Source: Sphingomicrobium sp.
Lineage (GTDB): Bacteria; Pseudomonadota; Alphaproteobacteria; Sphingomonadales; Sphingomonadaceae
DNA length: 47,317 nt
Direction: 5' to 3'
Assembly (NCBI GenBank): GCA_035694565.1
Contig: DASSFK010000071.1
Coordinates: 1 to 47,317 of the forward strand
Positions 1-8,975 of the stretch are shown one piece after another (the stretch's first letter is position 1; every line of letters starts with the position of its first letter). The notes beneath the pieces were generated by a model that worked only from the letters and a program-made list of their open reading frames with translations, made no database searches and was not told the origin of the DNA. Both the position numbers and the translations under genes were made by a program.

Positions 1-1
1 C

Positions 2-355
2 GCGGGCGCGGTAGTGTGTGTGCTGGCCGCGCTGCTGGGCCCAGCGCCGGTTGCACTGATCGCTTTCCCGCTCTGCGGTTTCGCGCTTTCGGTGATGTGG
101 TCCATCATTTTCGCATTGGCCCTAAACTCGGTGGCCGAGCATCACGGTTCTTTCACCGGCATTCTATGCACCGGCATTTTGGGCGGAGCACTGGTGCCAT
201 TGGCGATCGGCTGGCTGGGAGACAATATCGGCCTACGCGGCGCGATGTTCCTGATCCTTTTGCTTCTGGCTTACATCATTTCGATCAGCTTCTGGGCGCG
301 GCCGCTAACCAGGAACGAAACCGTCTGGAATCGCGAGGCGGCCAAAACCGCGTGA
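2..355 (+). CDS. MFS transporter, FucP/GluP-like sugar permease, C-terminal part (5'-truncated by window)
   Basis: Frame is open to the window edge; four hydrophobic helices; SVMWSIIFALAL...GILCTGILGGALVP resembles the FucP-family C-terminus. Confidence 0.75.
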   Translation, partial: AGAVVCVLAALLGPAPVALIAFPLCGFALSVMWSIIFALALNSVAEHHGSFTGILCTGILGGALVPLAIGWLGDNIGLRGAMFLILLLLAYIISISFWARPLTRNETVWNREAAKTA

Positions 356-363
356 GCTGCCTC

Positions 364-393
364 AATGGCAGCTCCGGGCGGAAAGCCGACATT
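364..393 (+). repeat. 30-bp imperfect palindrome (REP-like), copy R1
   Basis: AATGGCAGCT-CCGGGCGGAA-AGCCGACATT; arms are complementary with 2 mismatches; related to copies at 1271 and 2158. Confidence 0.65.
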
Positions 394-483
394 GGCGTCG
401 CGCATTCGTGCCTCGCCAACGCAACTTGCGTTTACAATTTCAATGCCTGATTTGGGAATTGCCGTCACAGGAGAGCAGTTCAA

Positions 484-1242
484 ATGACCTATCGGGCCAT
501 CCTTGCAACTTCGACATTGATTGTGGCCTTGCTCGCCTGCAGCAAGCAGGAAGAAGGTCGTGCGGCGGCCCCCGCCAGCGATGCCGTCAAGATCACGCAG
601 GCCAAGCCACCCGCCGGAGGCACTTGGTCAGATGTGGTCAATGAGACCACAGCGGGCGGCTTCGTGATGGGCAATCCTAATGCGAAGGTGAAGCTCCTGG
701 AGATAGCCTCGCTTTCATGCCCTCATTGCAAGAAATTCGAGGATGAGGGCGCCCCTGCGCTCGTTGAAAAATACGTCAAGTCTGGCCAAGTCAGCTGGGA
801 GTTTCGCCCCTACCTGATTCACGGTGCAATCGACATGGCTGCCAATCTTGTGGTCCGCTGCAACGGAGCGAGGCAGTTCTTCCCCTTGGTTCAATCCCTC
901 TACAAAGATCAGGCCACCCTATTGAGCAAGGCTGAGACGGCTCCGCAGGAAAAAATCGCGCAGCTTGAGGCGATGCCAAAAGAGCAAATGTTCGTCGGAA
1001 TGGCGGGCATCCTGGGGTTGCAAGACTGGGCCGCCATCCGCGGTGTCCAGCATGCGAAAAGCGACAAGTGCTTGAGTGATTCCAGCATGATTGATCAGCA
1101 AGTCCAGATAAGCAGCGACGTGTCAGCTCAATACCCAGAGTTCACCGGTACTCCGGCGTTCGTGATCAATGGCACGATGCTTCCCAAGGGCGTTACGAGC
1201 TGGGATAAACTTGAGCCGGCACTCGTCGAAGCCCTGAAGTGA
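484..1242 (+). CDS. DsbA-family thioredoxin-fold lipoprotein
   Basis: Lipobox LLAC; MGNPNAKVKLLE; CPHC active site; cis-Pro loop GTPAFVING. Confidence 0.9.
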   Translation: MTYRAILATSTLIVALLACSKQEEGRAAAPASDAVKITQAKPPAGGTWSDVVNETTAGGFVMGNPNAKVKLLEIASLSCPHCKKFEDEGAPALVEKYVKSGQVSWEFRPYLIHGAIDMAANLVVRCNGARQFFPLVQSLYKDQATLLSKAETAPQEKIAQLEAMPKEQMFVGMAGILGLQDWAAIRGVQHAKSDKCLSDSSMIDQQVQISSDVSAQYPEFTGTPAFVINGTMLPKGVTSWDKLEPALVEALK

Positions 1243-1270
1243 CTGAAGGGGAGGGTGCCTAGACGCCCCT

Positions 1271-1298
1271 GATGTCCGCGATGGGTCGAAGCGGTCTT
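1271..1298 (+). repeat. REP-like imperfect palindrome, copy R2
   Basis: GATGTCCGCGATGGGTCGAAGCGGTCTT aligns with R1 and R3. Confidence 0.6.
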
Positions 1299-1364
1299 GA
1301 GCTGCTATTGTCTGCTCTGGGTGGGGCAGACCTATGCGGCGTCCCCTGGCGTCCGCAATCGGGT

Positions 1365-2057
1365 CTAAGACCCAGCCTTCAGGCAGGATTCGGTAGGGTG
1401 CCATGCATTATAGGGCGTGCCGAGCGGCTGCCCGGTTGGATGGATTATAAGAACCAGGGCGCGCCTGATGCCTTTTCCCGTCCCGTAGAGAGCCATCGGA
1501 ATGCCACCGCGCACCATCATGCTCTCTCCCGCCTCGACGCGGATCTTTCCCTCCGGAGTTTCGAGGCACTGTTCACCTTCCAAAACTACCCAGGCCTCGG
1601 GCCCTGGATGGGTGTGAACCCTGCTCCGCATCCCGGGAGTGAACATTGCCTCCATGAAAGAAGCCGTCTGAGGCAGCGATGACAGGGTCTGCATTGGACC
1701 AACGGTCGCGACATGGCGCCCGCCCCGGGCCATCCATCGCTTGTCGGCTACGGCCTCGAGCCAAACTCGGCCGTAGGCTTCGATTATTCGACTGTGTCGG
1801 TCTCCTGCCTTCTGCGCCAAATCAACCGACGCAAATTCATAGACGTGCCAGTAGAGTGGTGTGCCTGGGGAGGTCGAAATTGGAACGCTTCCGAGTTCCC
1901 AGCATCCCGGTTGGCCCTGATGCCCATTTACCGGAATGCACGCCACGTGGTGCGGCTCCGGGTGTTCCTGCATCGTCGGCGGGGCCGCCGAGAGAATGCC
2001 CGCGGAAACGATGGCGAGCGCTGCGGATACTGCAGAGAAAGGCGCTACTACCATCAT
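1365..2057 (-). CDS. Secreted cupin-domain protein
   Basis: Signal-like N-terminus from the ATG at 2057; cupin motif HTHPGPEAWVVLEGE; second motif GESMMVRGGIPM. Confidence 0.8.
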   Translation of the reverse strand: MMVVAPFSAVSAALAIVSAGILSAAPPTMQEHPEPHHVACIPVNGHQGQPGCWELGSVPISTSPGTPLYWHVYEFASVDLAQKAGDRHSRIIEAYGRVWLEAVADKRWMARGGRHVATVGPMQTLSSLPQTASFMEAMFTPGMRSRVHTHPGPEAWVVLEGEQCLETPEGKIRVEAGESMMVRGGIPMALYGTGKGIRRALVLIIHPTGQPLGTPYNAWHPTESCLKAGS

Positions 2058-2157
2058 GTTCCTCCCGCGTGGCAAGCGGGAGCATTGCACTCTCAGTCAT
2101 CGATGCTTGCGAGCAGCGCCTGGCGATGATGCGGCGGCCGTACCAGACCGCGCGCGC

Positions 2158-2187
2158 AATGTCTGTAATGGGTGGGAAGCGGACATT
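2158..2187 (+). repeat. REP-like imperfect palindrome, copy R3
   Basis: AATGTCTGTAATGGGTGGGAAGCGGACATT; terminal AATGTC/GACATT inverted repeat. Confidence 0.65.
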
Positions 2188-2282
2188 GACGATAGAGGCA
2201 GGCCGTCTAGCGACGCGCCATGCGGTGCGCCGTACCTATGTACCCTTTCCGACCGAAGGTAATCTGAAACCGTGCTCGAGCA

Positions 2283-3353
2283 TCAGCGGCAGGCCACCGC
2301 GACTTTCGACGACGGCCAGATCGAGTTGAGAATAGCCGCCAACCGCGCACCTCCGATGATCACCTGCCTCGCCTGCACAGAGCGCCGGTCTGCGTTGTAT
2401 TGTGGCTTGTCGATAAACTCGACGTCCCAGCGGCCGGAAGCCGTGGCGTCCGGCCTAAAGCGCATGCCGTTGTAAGCGGCGCGCGCAGCAAGGATGGTTT
2501 CGCTCGCCCATACTTCCGGCGGATCCACCGTCGGATTGGGAAGCGGCGCGATCAGGCAGCCACTCTTGATGGCATTCGCGCTCGGCGTCGATCCAATGCT
2601 CGAGGAAACCGTGTCCCAGGCATGATGAAGATTATCGCTCTCCTCGCCGGGCGAGAGGAGGAGGTAGTTCCCGCCGTGCATCTCGACGCCGGAATCATCC
2701 GTCTCCAGCCCCGCGGTATCCAGGTAGATAGCGCCGACGTGGAGCGGTTGATGAAGGTCGCCGACGAGATGGGCGAGAAGCAGCAATGCTTCCCGCTTCG
2801 TGGCAAGGGCAAAGGGCGCGGGAATGTCGCACGTCTGCGATGGCTTGCACTTCAGGCGCGCGACCGCCGCCCGAATGCCATGCACGACGTCATTGTCGGA
2901 AGTGCCAATGTAAGTCGGCTTATAGTCGGAATGAATGTGCACGTTGACGTCGGCGAAATGGAAGCTCTGGTGACATTTGAGCGGACGGCCGCCGTAAAGG
3001 CAGTTCGTCCAGTTCCTCTCCGCATAAGCAATCATCTTTTCCTGCTCGGCCGCGCTCTCGAATGCGACGCAAACCTGCGGCGTGTATCGATCATGCTCAT
3101 AGGAAAATTCCCCGGTCGAACTTCGATCGACGCTCCGAACGCAGTCGGGCCAGACCGCCGCCGCGCCAAGGCTCACATTCGGTCCGAGAATCTGCCGCAC
3201 ACGATTGCGCGCATTCGGGTTGAGCAGGAGCCAAGCGAGATTACCGACATACTGGTGGCCGGGCGAACCCCACGCCACGGCGGGACTGGAGGGCGCAAGA
3301 ACAACTGCAAACGCCGCGGCGGCCCGCATGATTCGGCCCTGTAGAAATTTCAT
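2283..3353 (-). CDS. Secreted S1/P1 family nuclease
   Basis: Signal peptide ending AVA then mature WGSPGH; AAVWPD, HFAD, HLVGDLHQPLH, GGN and NLHHAWD are the S1/P1 Zn-ligand motifs; RBS GGGGG upstream of 3353. Confidence 0.9.
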   Translation of the reverse strand: MKFLQGRIMRAAAAFAVVLAPSSPAVAWGSPGHQYVGNLAWLLLNPNARNRVRQILGPNVSLGAAAVWPDCVRSVDRSSTGEFSYEHDRYTPQVCVAFESAAEQEKMIAYAERNWTNCLYGGRPLKCHQSFHFADVNVHIHSDYKPTYIGTSDNDVVHGIRAAVARLKCKPSQTCDIPAPFALATKREALLLLAHLVGDLHQPLHVGAIYLDTAGLETDDSGVEMHGGNYLLLSPGEESDNLHHAWDTVSSSIGSTPSANAIKSGCLIAPLPNPTVDPPEVWASETILAARAAYNGMRFRPDATASGRWDVEFIDKPQYNADRRSVQARQVIIGGARLAAILNSIWPSSKVAVACR

Positions 3354-3389
3354 TTGTGCCCCCTTTCGACCTGCCGGACCGAGCGCGGA

Positions 3390-4817
3390 TCAACCCTCCC
3401 GTGCGTAAAGCTGTGCGATGTAGGCCCGGTCACTTTGTGAGAGTTCATTCCCCGCAACGAAGCTCTTGCCGTTCCTGAGAACCCGCGGCGGCAGCGGGAA
3501 GCTCATCACCGAGTTAAAATCGACGGGTCTCGAGCCTGGATAAGCTGCGGTATCGAAGAACATCTTGCTGATCTGGTCGCCGCTCATGTGCATCGTCCCT
3601 TGAAAGTAAGCCATGAGCGCGTCCCGGTTATAATATTGCTGAGCCTGGGGGTTTTGGAACTCATGCACGAGACCGAGCGAATGACCGATCTCATGGAGGA
3701 AGGCCGTCCTCGCCCAGGCGTCTCCGATTGGATGGCCAAGCCAGATTGTCGGCTCGTCGGGCAGGCGCTGCTGCGCATTGCGTCCGACGTAGGACCAGCT
3801 GGCTCCATCATTGGCGAATTTCGCCCGGATGTCGGAGTCCCCGGACCGAACGTAGCTGACGTGGAGGTTAGCGTATTTGAGCCACTCCCCCATTGACTCC
3901 TCGAACAGCTGCCTTTCCGCGGGCCCACCATTCAAAAACCTGACCCGAATGGTTGAGCCGGCCGGCCAGAGGGCGGCATTCGCGCCAGGCTGAAGTGCAC
4001 GGCCTTCCTCGAAACCGAGCTTGCGCAAGGTTGGTGACGGACTGCTCTCACCTACGTTCCTCAAGTCGAAGCTTGCTATTGCGATGCCGACCACCAGTGG
4101 CTGCTTCGTCTGCATCCTCGTGCTCGAAACGAAGGTGCCGCCGCTTTCTATGACTGCCTCTTTGCCCTTGTGGCCGAACATCCGTTGGAGACTTGCAGCG
4201 AATCCGGTCTGACCTTCCCTTCGAAAGCGATACTCGAAGCTCGTGGGGCGCAGGATGCGGGTGATCACGGTCCTGTTTGGGTCGCGTAGCGCCGCGGCCA
4301 GATCCGCCTGTCCCGCGACGGCCTGCTGCAACGAAGCCAAGGGCGCCTCAAGGATCATTATGTCCTTCATCACCAGTTCGAAACTCTGGACGCCCTTCGC
4401 ACGCGCTTCCGCGCCGATGCGCGCCGGGAGGGCACCCGAACGAAGTCCGGCGTCGATCGTATCGGTGATTGTCACGTCGTAGGGGCCGGTCTCCTGAAAG
4501 AGTCCGCCGGCGGAGGGGCCCAGAACTCTCGCCGACCGCTCATAGAGCATGACGTCACCCGAACGCGGCGCATCGGGCGCCGCGGCCGGCCATTGAACGA
4601 TATCGCCCGGAAGAAAGCCGCCGCGCGCAGGAACGAGGAAGATGAAATTCTGCTTCTCGACCCAGTCCTGGAGCGTTTTGGTTTCATTGCGAGGCCAGAA
4701 ATAGCCAGCGAGAAGCAGGATGAGGGCGGCACCAGCCGCAGCCAATGCGATCCAAATACCCTTGCTCCGCCCAAATCGGGCGGAGCGCCTTGCGCCCCGG
4801 CTGCGCGCAACGGTCAT
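3390..4817 (-). CDS. TM-anchored protein: putative gasdermin-like domain plus C-terminal metzincin (M12/astacin-like) Zn-metalloprotease
   Basis: ATG at 4817 overlaps the upstream stop (ATGA); basic N-terminus then TM helix IWIALAAAGAALILLLAGYFW; protease motifs LWPAGSTIRVRF, SDIR, SWSYVG, HEIGHSLGLVHEFQ and Met-turn SVMSF. The protease call is strong; the gasdermin call is pattern-based. Confidence 0.8.
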   Translation of the reverse strand: MTVARSRGARRSARFGRSKGIWIALAAAGAALILLLAGYFWPRNETKTLQDWVEKQNFIFLVPARGGFLPGDIVQWPAAAPDAPRSGDVMLYERSARVLGPSAGGLFQETGPYDVTITDTIDAGLRSGALPARIGAEARAKGVQSFELVMKDIMILEAPLASLQQAVAGQADLAAALRDPNRTVITRILRPTSFEYRFRREGQTGFAASLQRMFGHKGKEAVIESGGTFVSSTRMQTKQPLVVGIAIASFDLRNVGESSPSPTLRKLGFEEGRALQPGANAALWPAGSTIRVRFLNGGPAERQLFEESMGEWLKYANLHVSYVRSGDSDIRAKFANDGASWSYVGRNAQQRLPDEPTIWLGHPIGDAWARTAFLHEIGHSLGLVHEFQNPQAQQYYNRDALMAYFQGTMHMSGDQISKMFFDTAAYPGSRPVDFNSVMSFPLPPRVLRNGKSFVAGNELSQSDRAYIAQLYAREG

Positions 4818-6145
4818 GCCGTCATGGCCATCGCGACAACTTTCCCGCAAGCAGGCGTCGCGACATTGTTGTGCGCGTCAACGCCGTTGGCCGCGACGAC
4901 GAAAGTATCCGCGAGGACGAGGTTGACCTTACCTTTTTCAAAGGCGAGCGCCGCGGGGTCTGCCCTGACGGTCGCTCCCGCAGGCAGACCCTGAGGCCCG
5001 TTTGCTCCCATGGCCCCGAATGGGTCGTCGGCGCCGCCGATCGATTTGCTGGTGTCACCCGACAGGCGCGATGCGAGGGGATAGGCGATGGTGCACGCCT
5101 TGTCGTTATGCGTGTGCGTATAGACGATCGCTCCGCGCGGTTTGCCCAGTGCGCTCGCGAACACTGCATTCCCGCCCGTCAGCGCATTGTGCGAATACGC
5201 GCCCTGCAGGAGCGTGAGGCTCTGGAATTCGAGATTTGGTGGCACTGCGAGGTTCGCGGCCGCGGACGTGACCAGCCGCGCTCCGAAGCTGTGGCCGACC
5301 AGATGAAGTTTCAGTGTTCGTGGCGGGCGAAGCGCGCCAAGCACCTGTGCCAGGCAACGACCCACGAGGCCCGCCCTCTTCTTCATCGTGTAGTAGGTCA
5401 GCTTGTTGAGTGCCCACAGGACACCACTGCGGGTCCCCTGAAACGTCGCGAGAACGACGTTACCAAGACCTTTGGCGCCGCCGGTGCCGGCCGGCACATC
5501 AAACACTGGCGGCATGGCAAGCGCGTTGATCGCGTCGTCGGCCCCGAACAGGGTTTTGGTGCCCTTGAAATTCTCACGGTCCTCGAGAAGCTCCGAGTCC
5601 TCGGTCTCCTCGTCGACCCCCAGATGCTCCCTGGCTGTTTTGAAAAAGTCGAATGCCGCCTGATCTCCTCCGCCCGCGTCAAGCGCCCGTGCCGCCGCCT
5701 TGATGGCCTCAGCCGCATCCGGTCCGACGAACCCGTCGAGCAAAGCGAGCTTCTCCTGGAAGCTATTCTCACCGATGTCGCCAATTGAAGGGTCGTCGCC
5801 GACCGACTTGGTACCGCCGCCGCTTTGCGGACGAACTTCGGTCGCCTCGGCGCCATCGTAGTCGGCGTCATACTCCTTGGCCGGCCAGAGCACGCCGACG
5901 ACCACGAATTCTTCCGGCTTGGCGCCCCCTTGCGCGAGCGTCTGCAGGGCATTCGTCCAAAGACCGGTGTAGAGATCGGCCGCATTGCGCTCGTCGTTGT
6001 TCCAGCCATGAGAGATGACGACAAGGTGGCGCACCTTGTCTCCGGCGATGGCGTCGGCGAGGCGCTTGGCGGCACTTGGATCGTGCAGGGCCCCCGCTTC
6101 ATCGAAGTGGAGCCACAGGAATGGTGAACCGGCGATTGCATCCAT
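4814..6145 (-). CDS. Alpha/beta-fold hydrolase (esterase/lipase-like)
   Basis: Oxyanion motif SHGWNN; nucleophile elbow GHSFG; candidate acid in HNDKA and His in DAHNN; RBS GAGGA. Confidence 0.8.
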   Translation of the reverse strand: MDAIAGSPFLWLHFDEAGALHDPSAAKRLADAIAGDKVRHLVVISHGWNNDERNAADLYTGLWTNALQTLAQGGAKPEEFVVVGVLWPAKEYDADYDGAEATEVRPQSGGGTKSVGDDPSIGDIGENSFQEKLALLDGFVGPDAAEAIKAAARALDAGGGDQAAFDFFKTAREHLGVDEETEDSELLEDRENFKGTKTLFGADDAINALAMPPVFDVPAGTGGAKGLGNVVLATFQGTRSGVLWALNKLTYYTMKKRAGLVGRCLAQVLGALRPPRTLKLHLVGHSFGARLVTSAAANLAVPPNLEFQSLTLLQGAYSHNALTGGNAVFASALGKPRGAIVYTHTHNDKACTIAYPLASRLSGDTSKSIGGADDPFGAMGANGPQGLPAGATVRADPAALAFEKGKVNLVLADTFVVAANGVDAHNNVATPACGKVVAMAMTA

Positions 6146-6154
6146 GGATTCCTC

Positions 6155-7765
6155 CTAGACGGACTGGAGTGCGCGCATCAGGTCGATGAGGCCGGCACCC
6201 TGGAATTCGGGGCGCCGTCCCAGGTCGGTGGCGCTCTTCGTGAAGATCTCCTTCACCCGCATCGGGTCGCCCCGGAATTCGCGGCGCACGGAAAGGAAGG
6301 CCGCGATGCAGCCCGAGACATGGGGCGCGGCCATGCTCGTTCCCGAATCTTCGCGATAGGGCGCCTCTCCAGGGTTCGCGGGGTCCATTTGGGCCGCGGA
6401 CACGATCCGCTCGCCCGGTGCCACCAGATCGGGCTTCATCCGGCCGTCCGACGTCGGGCCTTTTGACGAGAAATATGAGATCCCAAATCCGTGTGGAGAA
6501 TCGCGATGCGTCGAGCCGACGGTGATCGCGAGATTTGAATTTCCGGGATCGTTGATTGTCGCGAGATGCGCCGCGCGCTCGACTTCCCGACTAAGCGTCT
6601 GAACCGTGCCGTAGCCCCCGTTGCCGGCAGCGACGACAACGATGACGCCGTTCCGCACAAGACGATCGACCTCCTGGCACAGGGGGCTTCGGCCCGCCGC
6701 AAACCAGCGGGCGTCGAACGTGTACCCGAGGCTGAGATTGAGGCCGTGGATGCGCACGTTCGCGCCATAGTCGTTCGCCTTGTGGATGTAGCCAATTGCC
6801 GCCAGCAGCAGGGCGACGTCTCCTCCGCTGCTCGACTGCAGGACCTTGAGGCTGAGAAGTTTGCACTTGGGTGCCATGCCCGTGATCGTCGCGCGCGTGT
6901 CGTTGGTCTCGACGTTGACCTGAATGTCGGAGACGCGGACGTTCTGCTTGATCACGATCCTCAGCGCATCAGCCTTGCAGGTCTCTCCAGCGATGATCCC
7001 GGCGACATGAGTGCCGTGACCATCGGTATCGACGAGCGGCTGCGGAAGCGGGTCGCTGAAATCGTGATGCTCGAGGCCATTGGGTAACTCGAGCGTTTTG
7101 TTGGTCAAGAAGTGGGGATGTGTCCCGTCGATACCCGTGTCTGCAACGGCCCATACGATACCTTCACCCGCCGCTTCGAAGGCGACCCTTGCAGCGTCGC
7201 ATTTTACGGTTCTGACCGATTCAAAGACGTTCCGGTTCAGCGAATGGTTGAGCCAGATTTTGTGGACGAGCGGTACCGGCGCAGCACATTCATCTTGCGC
7301 CTGATTCCCGCTGCTACGCGGCGCATCGGCATCCTTGGGTGCCGGAAGGGTGACTGTTGCCTGGGACAGCCGCAGAATGGTTTCGTAGCCTAGGCAGCCG
7401 AACACGTAATAGTCGGTCCAAACCGAGTTGCCGTCGTCGACTTTGTCGTCAGTTGCGAACAGGTGGAGCTCGGCGAGCATCTCCCGAAATGCTGAAGTCA
7501 TGGTTCGCTCAAGAGCAGCGTGCGCGTTCTTTGTTGGAGTCGTCCGGGTATCGTTCAGGAAGATGTGGAGGATGAAGTCACGAGCCTGGCGTGCCCCAAG
7601 CGGGAAGCCCGCGTTGGCCTCGATGATCACCGGGAACTTGCCGAGGGCACCCGTCTTCTTCTTGAGCTTCGCCCGCTCTTTCGCGATTTCGGCGAGGAGA
7701 TCTCCAGCGAGCCGCGTCCTCGCAAGGTCCTCGCGAAGTTCATCGGGCGTCGGTTCGTCAGCCAT
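6155..7765 (-). CDS. S8 family serine peptidase (subtilase) with long N-terminal pro-region, no signal peptide
   Basis: Triad VADTGID / HGTHVAG / GTSMAAP; oxyanion AAGNGG; KPDLVAPG; GGAG RBS before the ATG at 7765. Confidence 0.95.
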   Translation of the reverse strand: MADEPTPDELREDLARTRLAGDLLAEIAKERAKLKKKTGALGKFPVIIEANAGFPLGARQARDFILHIFLNDTRTTPTKNAHAALERTMTSAFREMLAELHLFATDDKVDDGNSVWTDYYVFGCLGYETILRLSQATVTLPAPKDADAPRSSGNQAQDECAAPVPLVHKIWLNHSLNRNVFESVRTVKCDAARVAFEAAGEGIVWAVADTGIDGTHPHFLTNKTLELPNGLEHHDFSDPLPQPLVDTDGHGTHVAGIIAGETCKADALRIVIKQNVRVSDIQVNVETNDTRATITGMAPKCKLLSLKVLQSSSGGDVALLLAAIGYIHKANDYGANVRIHGLNLSLGYTFDARWFAAGRSPLCQEVDRLVRNGVIVVVAAGNGGYGTVQTLSREVERAAHLATINDPGNSNLAITVGSTHRDSPHGFGISYFSSKGPTSDGRMKPDLVAPGERIVSAAQMDPANPGEAPYREDSGTSMAAPHVSGCIAAFLSVRREFRGDPMRVKEIFTKSATDLGRRPEFQGAGLIDLMRALQSV

Positions 7766-7795
7766 CGTCGTTCTCCGCAACGAAACAAGGCGTGG

Positions 7796-8884
7796 TCATT
7801 TGGGCCGGATCACGTCGCTTGAGATGTTCTTGAGCACAGCCTCGAGGTCAGCCTTGAGCGCGCCTGTGTCAGTCCCCGCGGCGGCGCCATCGATCTGCGC
7901 TTTGAGCTCGAGCGCCTTGTCCCGATATTTCAGGTCGGACACGAGCTCGACTCCGGTCATGATCGTGTCGATCGTCGCCTGCGCGCCATCCTTCATCTGG
8001 AAGAAGCGCTGGAGAACCGAAGCGCTCGCAACGGTCGGCTTGAACTTCTCCAGTCCCTGCCGGGGCTTTCCATCGATGCTGATGACGACATAGGGCGCGT
8101 CGCCGTCATAAACGCGTCCAGCGGCATCAATCAGCCCTCGTTGCGGGTCGTACTTGAAGGCCGACGCGTCGAAATCGTCCTCGGTGATGATGCGGAATTC
8201 CGCCTCGGCTACCGGAATGCCCGGCACATCGAAGTCGATGGATCGCGTGACGCTGAATGCAGGCCGGCCGTCGAACAAGGCTTCCCCGAGTCCTCCGGCA
8301 AGCTTCACTACGCCAGCAGCGCCCATGAGATAGCCGGCCGCCGGGAGGAGTATCGGCAGACCCGAAAGGTTCGTGAACGCGCTCGACACCTTATCGAAGA
8401 GCTCGCCCGGGAAATTGTCGACGGCGAACTCGACAGTCACGATCTGGGAGTCCGTTAGGACGGCGGGCGAATAGGAGATGAGGGCTGTGCCTTCCGCAAA
8501 GGCACTGGGCATGCCCACGCGCGAATGCGATTGTTTCCCCTGGGCGATGAAATTGAGCGCACGCGCTGAAGCGCTGAATACATCGTAGTTCTTGACGCCG
8601 GACACGACCGCGATGTCCTTGCTGCCGCCGCCGAGAAGTCCCTTCTTCGGGAAGCGCCCGGTGTAGACGTCGCGAAGCATGACTGTAAGCGGAAGGCCGC
8701 GTCCGATGGGGGTGAAGGCGACAGGTGCGCCCGCCGCGGTGTCCCCCACAGAAAGGGCCTTGCCGCCGCTGAACTCGATTGTCGCTGGTCGATCGCTTTC
8801 TGGAGCCGCATTGAACTCGGTGGCCCGCAAGCGATACTCGGACTCGCTGACGACATGTTCGTCGAGCACTCGGTAGATACCCAT
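7796..8884 (-). CDS. Hypothetical protein (beta-rich core, Gly/Ala hydrophobic hairpin, C-terminal helical segment)
   Basis: Strong RBS GAGGAGG before the ATG at 8884; coding-like codon usage; in operon; no family recognised. Confidence 0.75.
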   Translation of the reverse strand: MGIYRVLDEHVVSESEYRLRATEFNAAPESDRPATIEFSGGKALSVGDTAAGAPVAFTPIGRGLPLTVMLRDVYTGRFPKKGLLGGGSKDIAVVSGVKNYDVFSASARALNFIAQGKQSHSRVGMPSAFAEGTALISYSPAVLTDSQIVTVEFAVDNFPGELFDKVSSAFTNLSGLPILLPAAGYLMGAAGVVKLAGGLGEALFDGRPAFSVTRSIDFDVPGIPVAEAEFRIITEDDFDASAFKYDPQRGLIDAAGRVYDGDAPYVVISIDGKPRQGLEKFKPTVASASVLQRFFQMKDGAQATIDTIMTGVELVSDLKYRDKALELKAQIDGAAAGTDTGALKADLEAVLKNISSDVIRPK

Positions 8885-8975
8885 TCGTTGCCTCCTCAGA
8901 CCAGGGTCGGCTTTCCACTCACTTCGTTGCCCTTCGCTCAAGCCACTCCGCTCACCCCTCTGACGCGTGCGCGCA

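Noticed and set aside
364-2187. CRISPR array or classical integron attC array
   Set aside because: Repeats are ~900 bp apart and divergent; there are no cas or intI genes and no RYYYAAC/GTTRRRY ends
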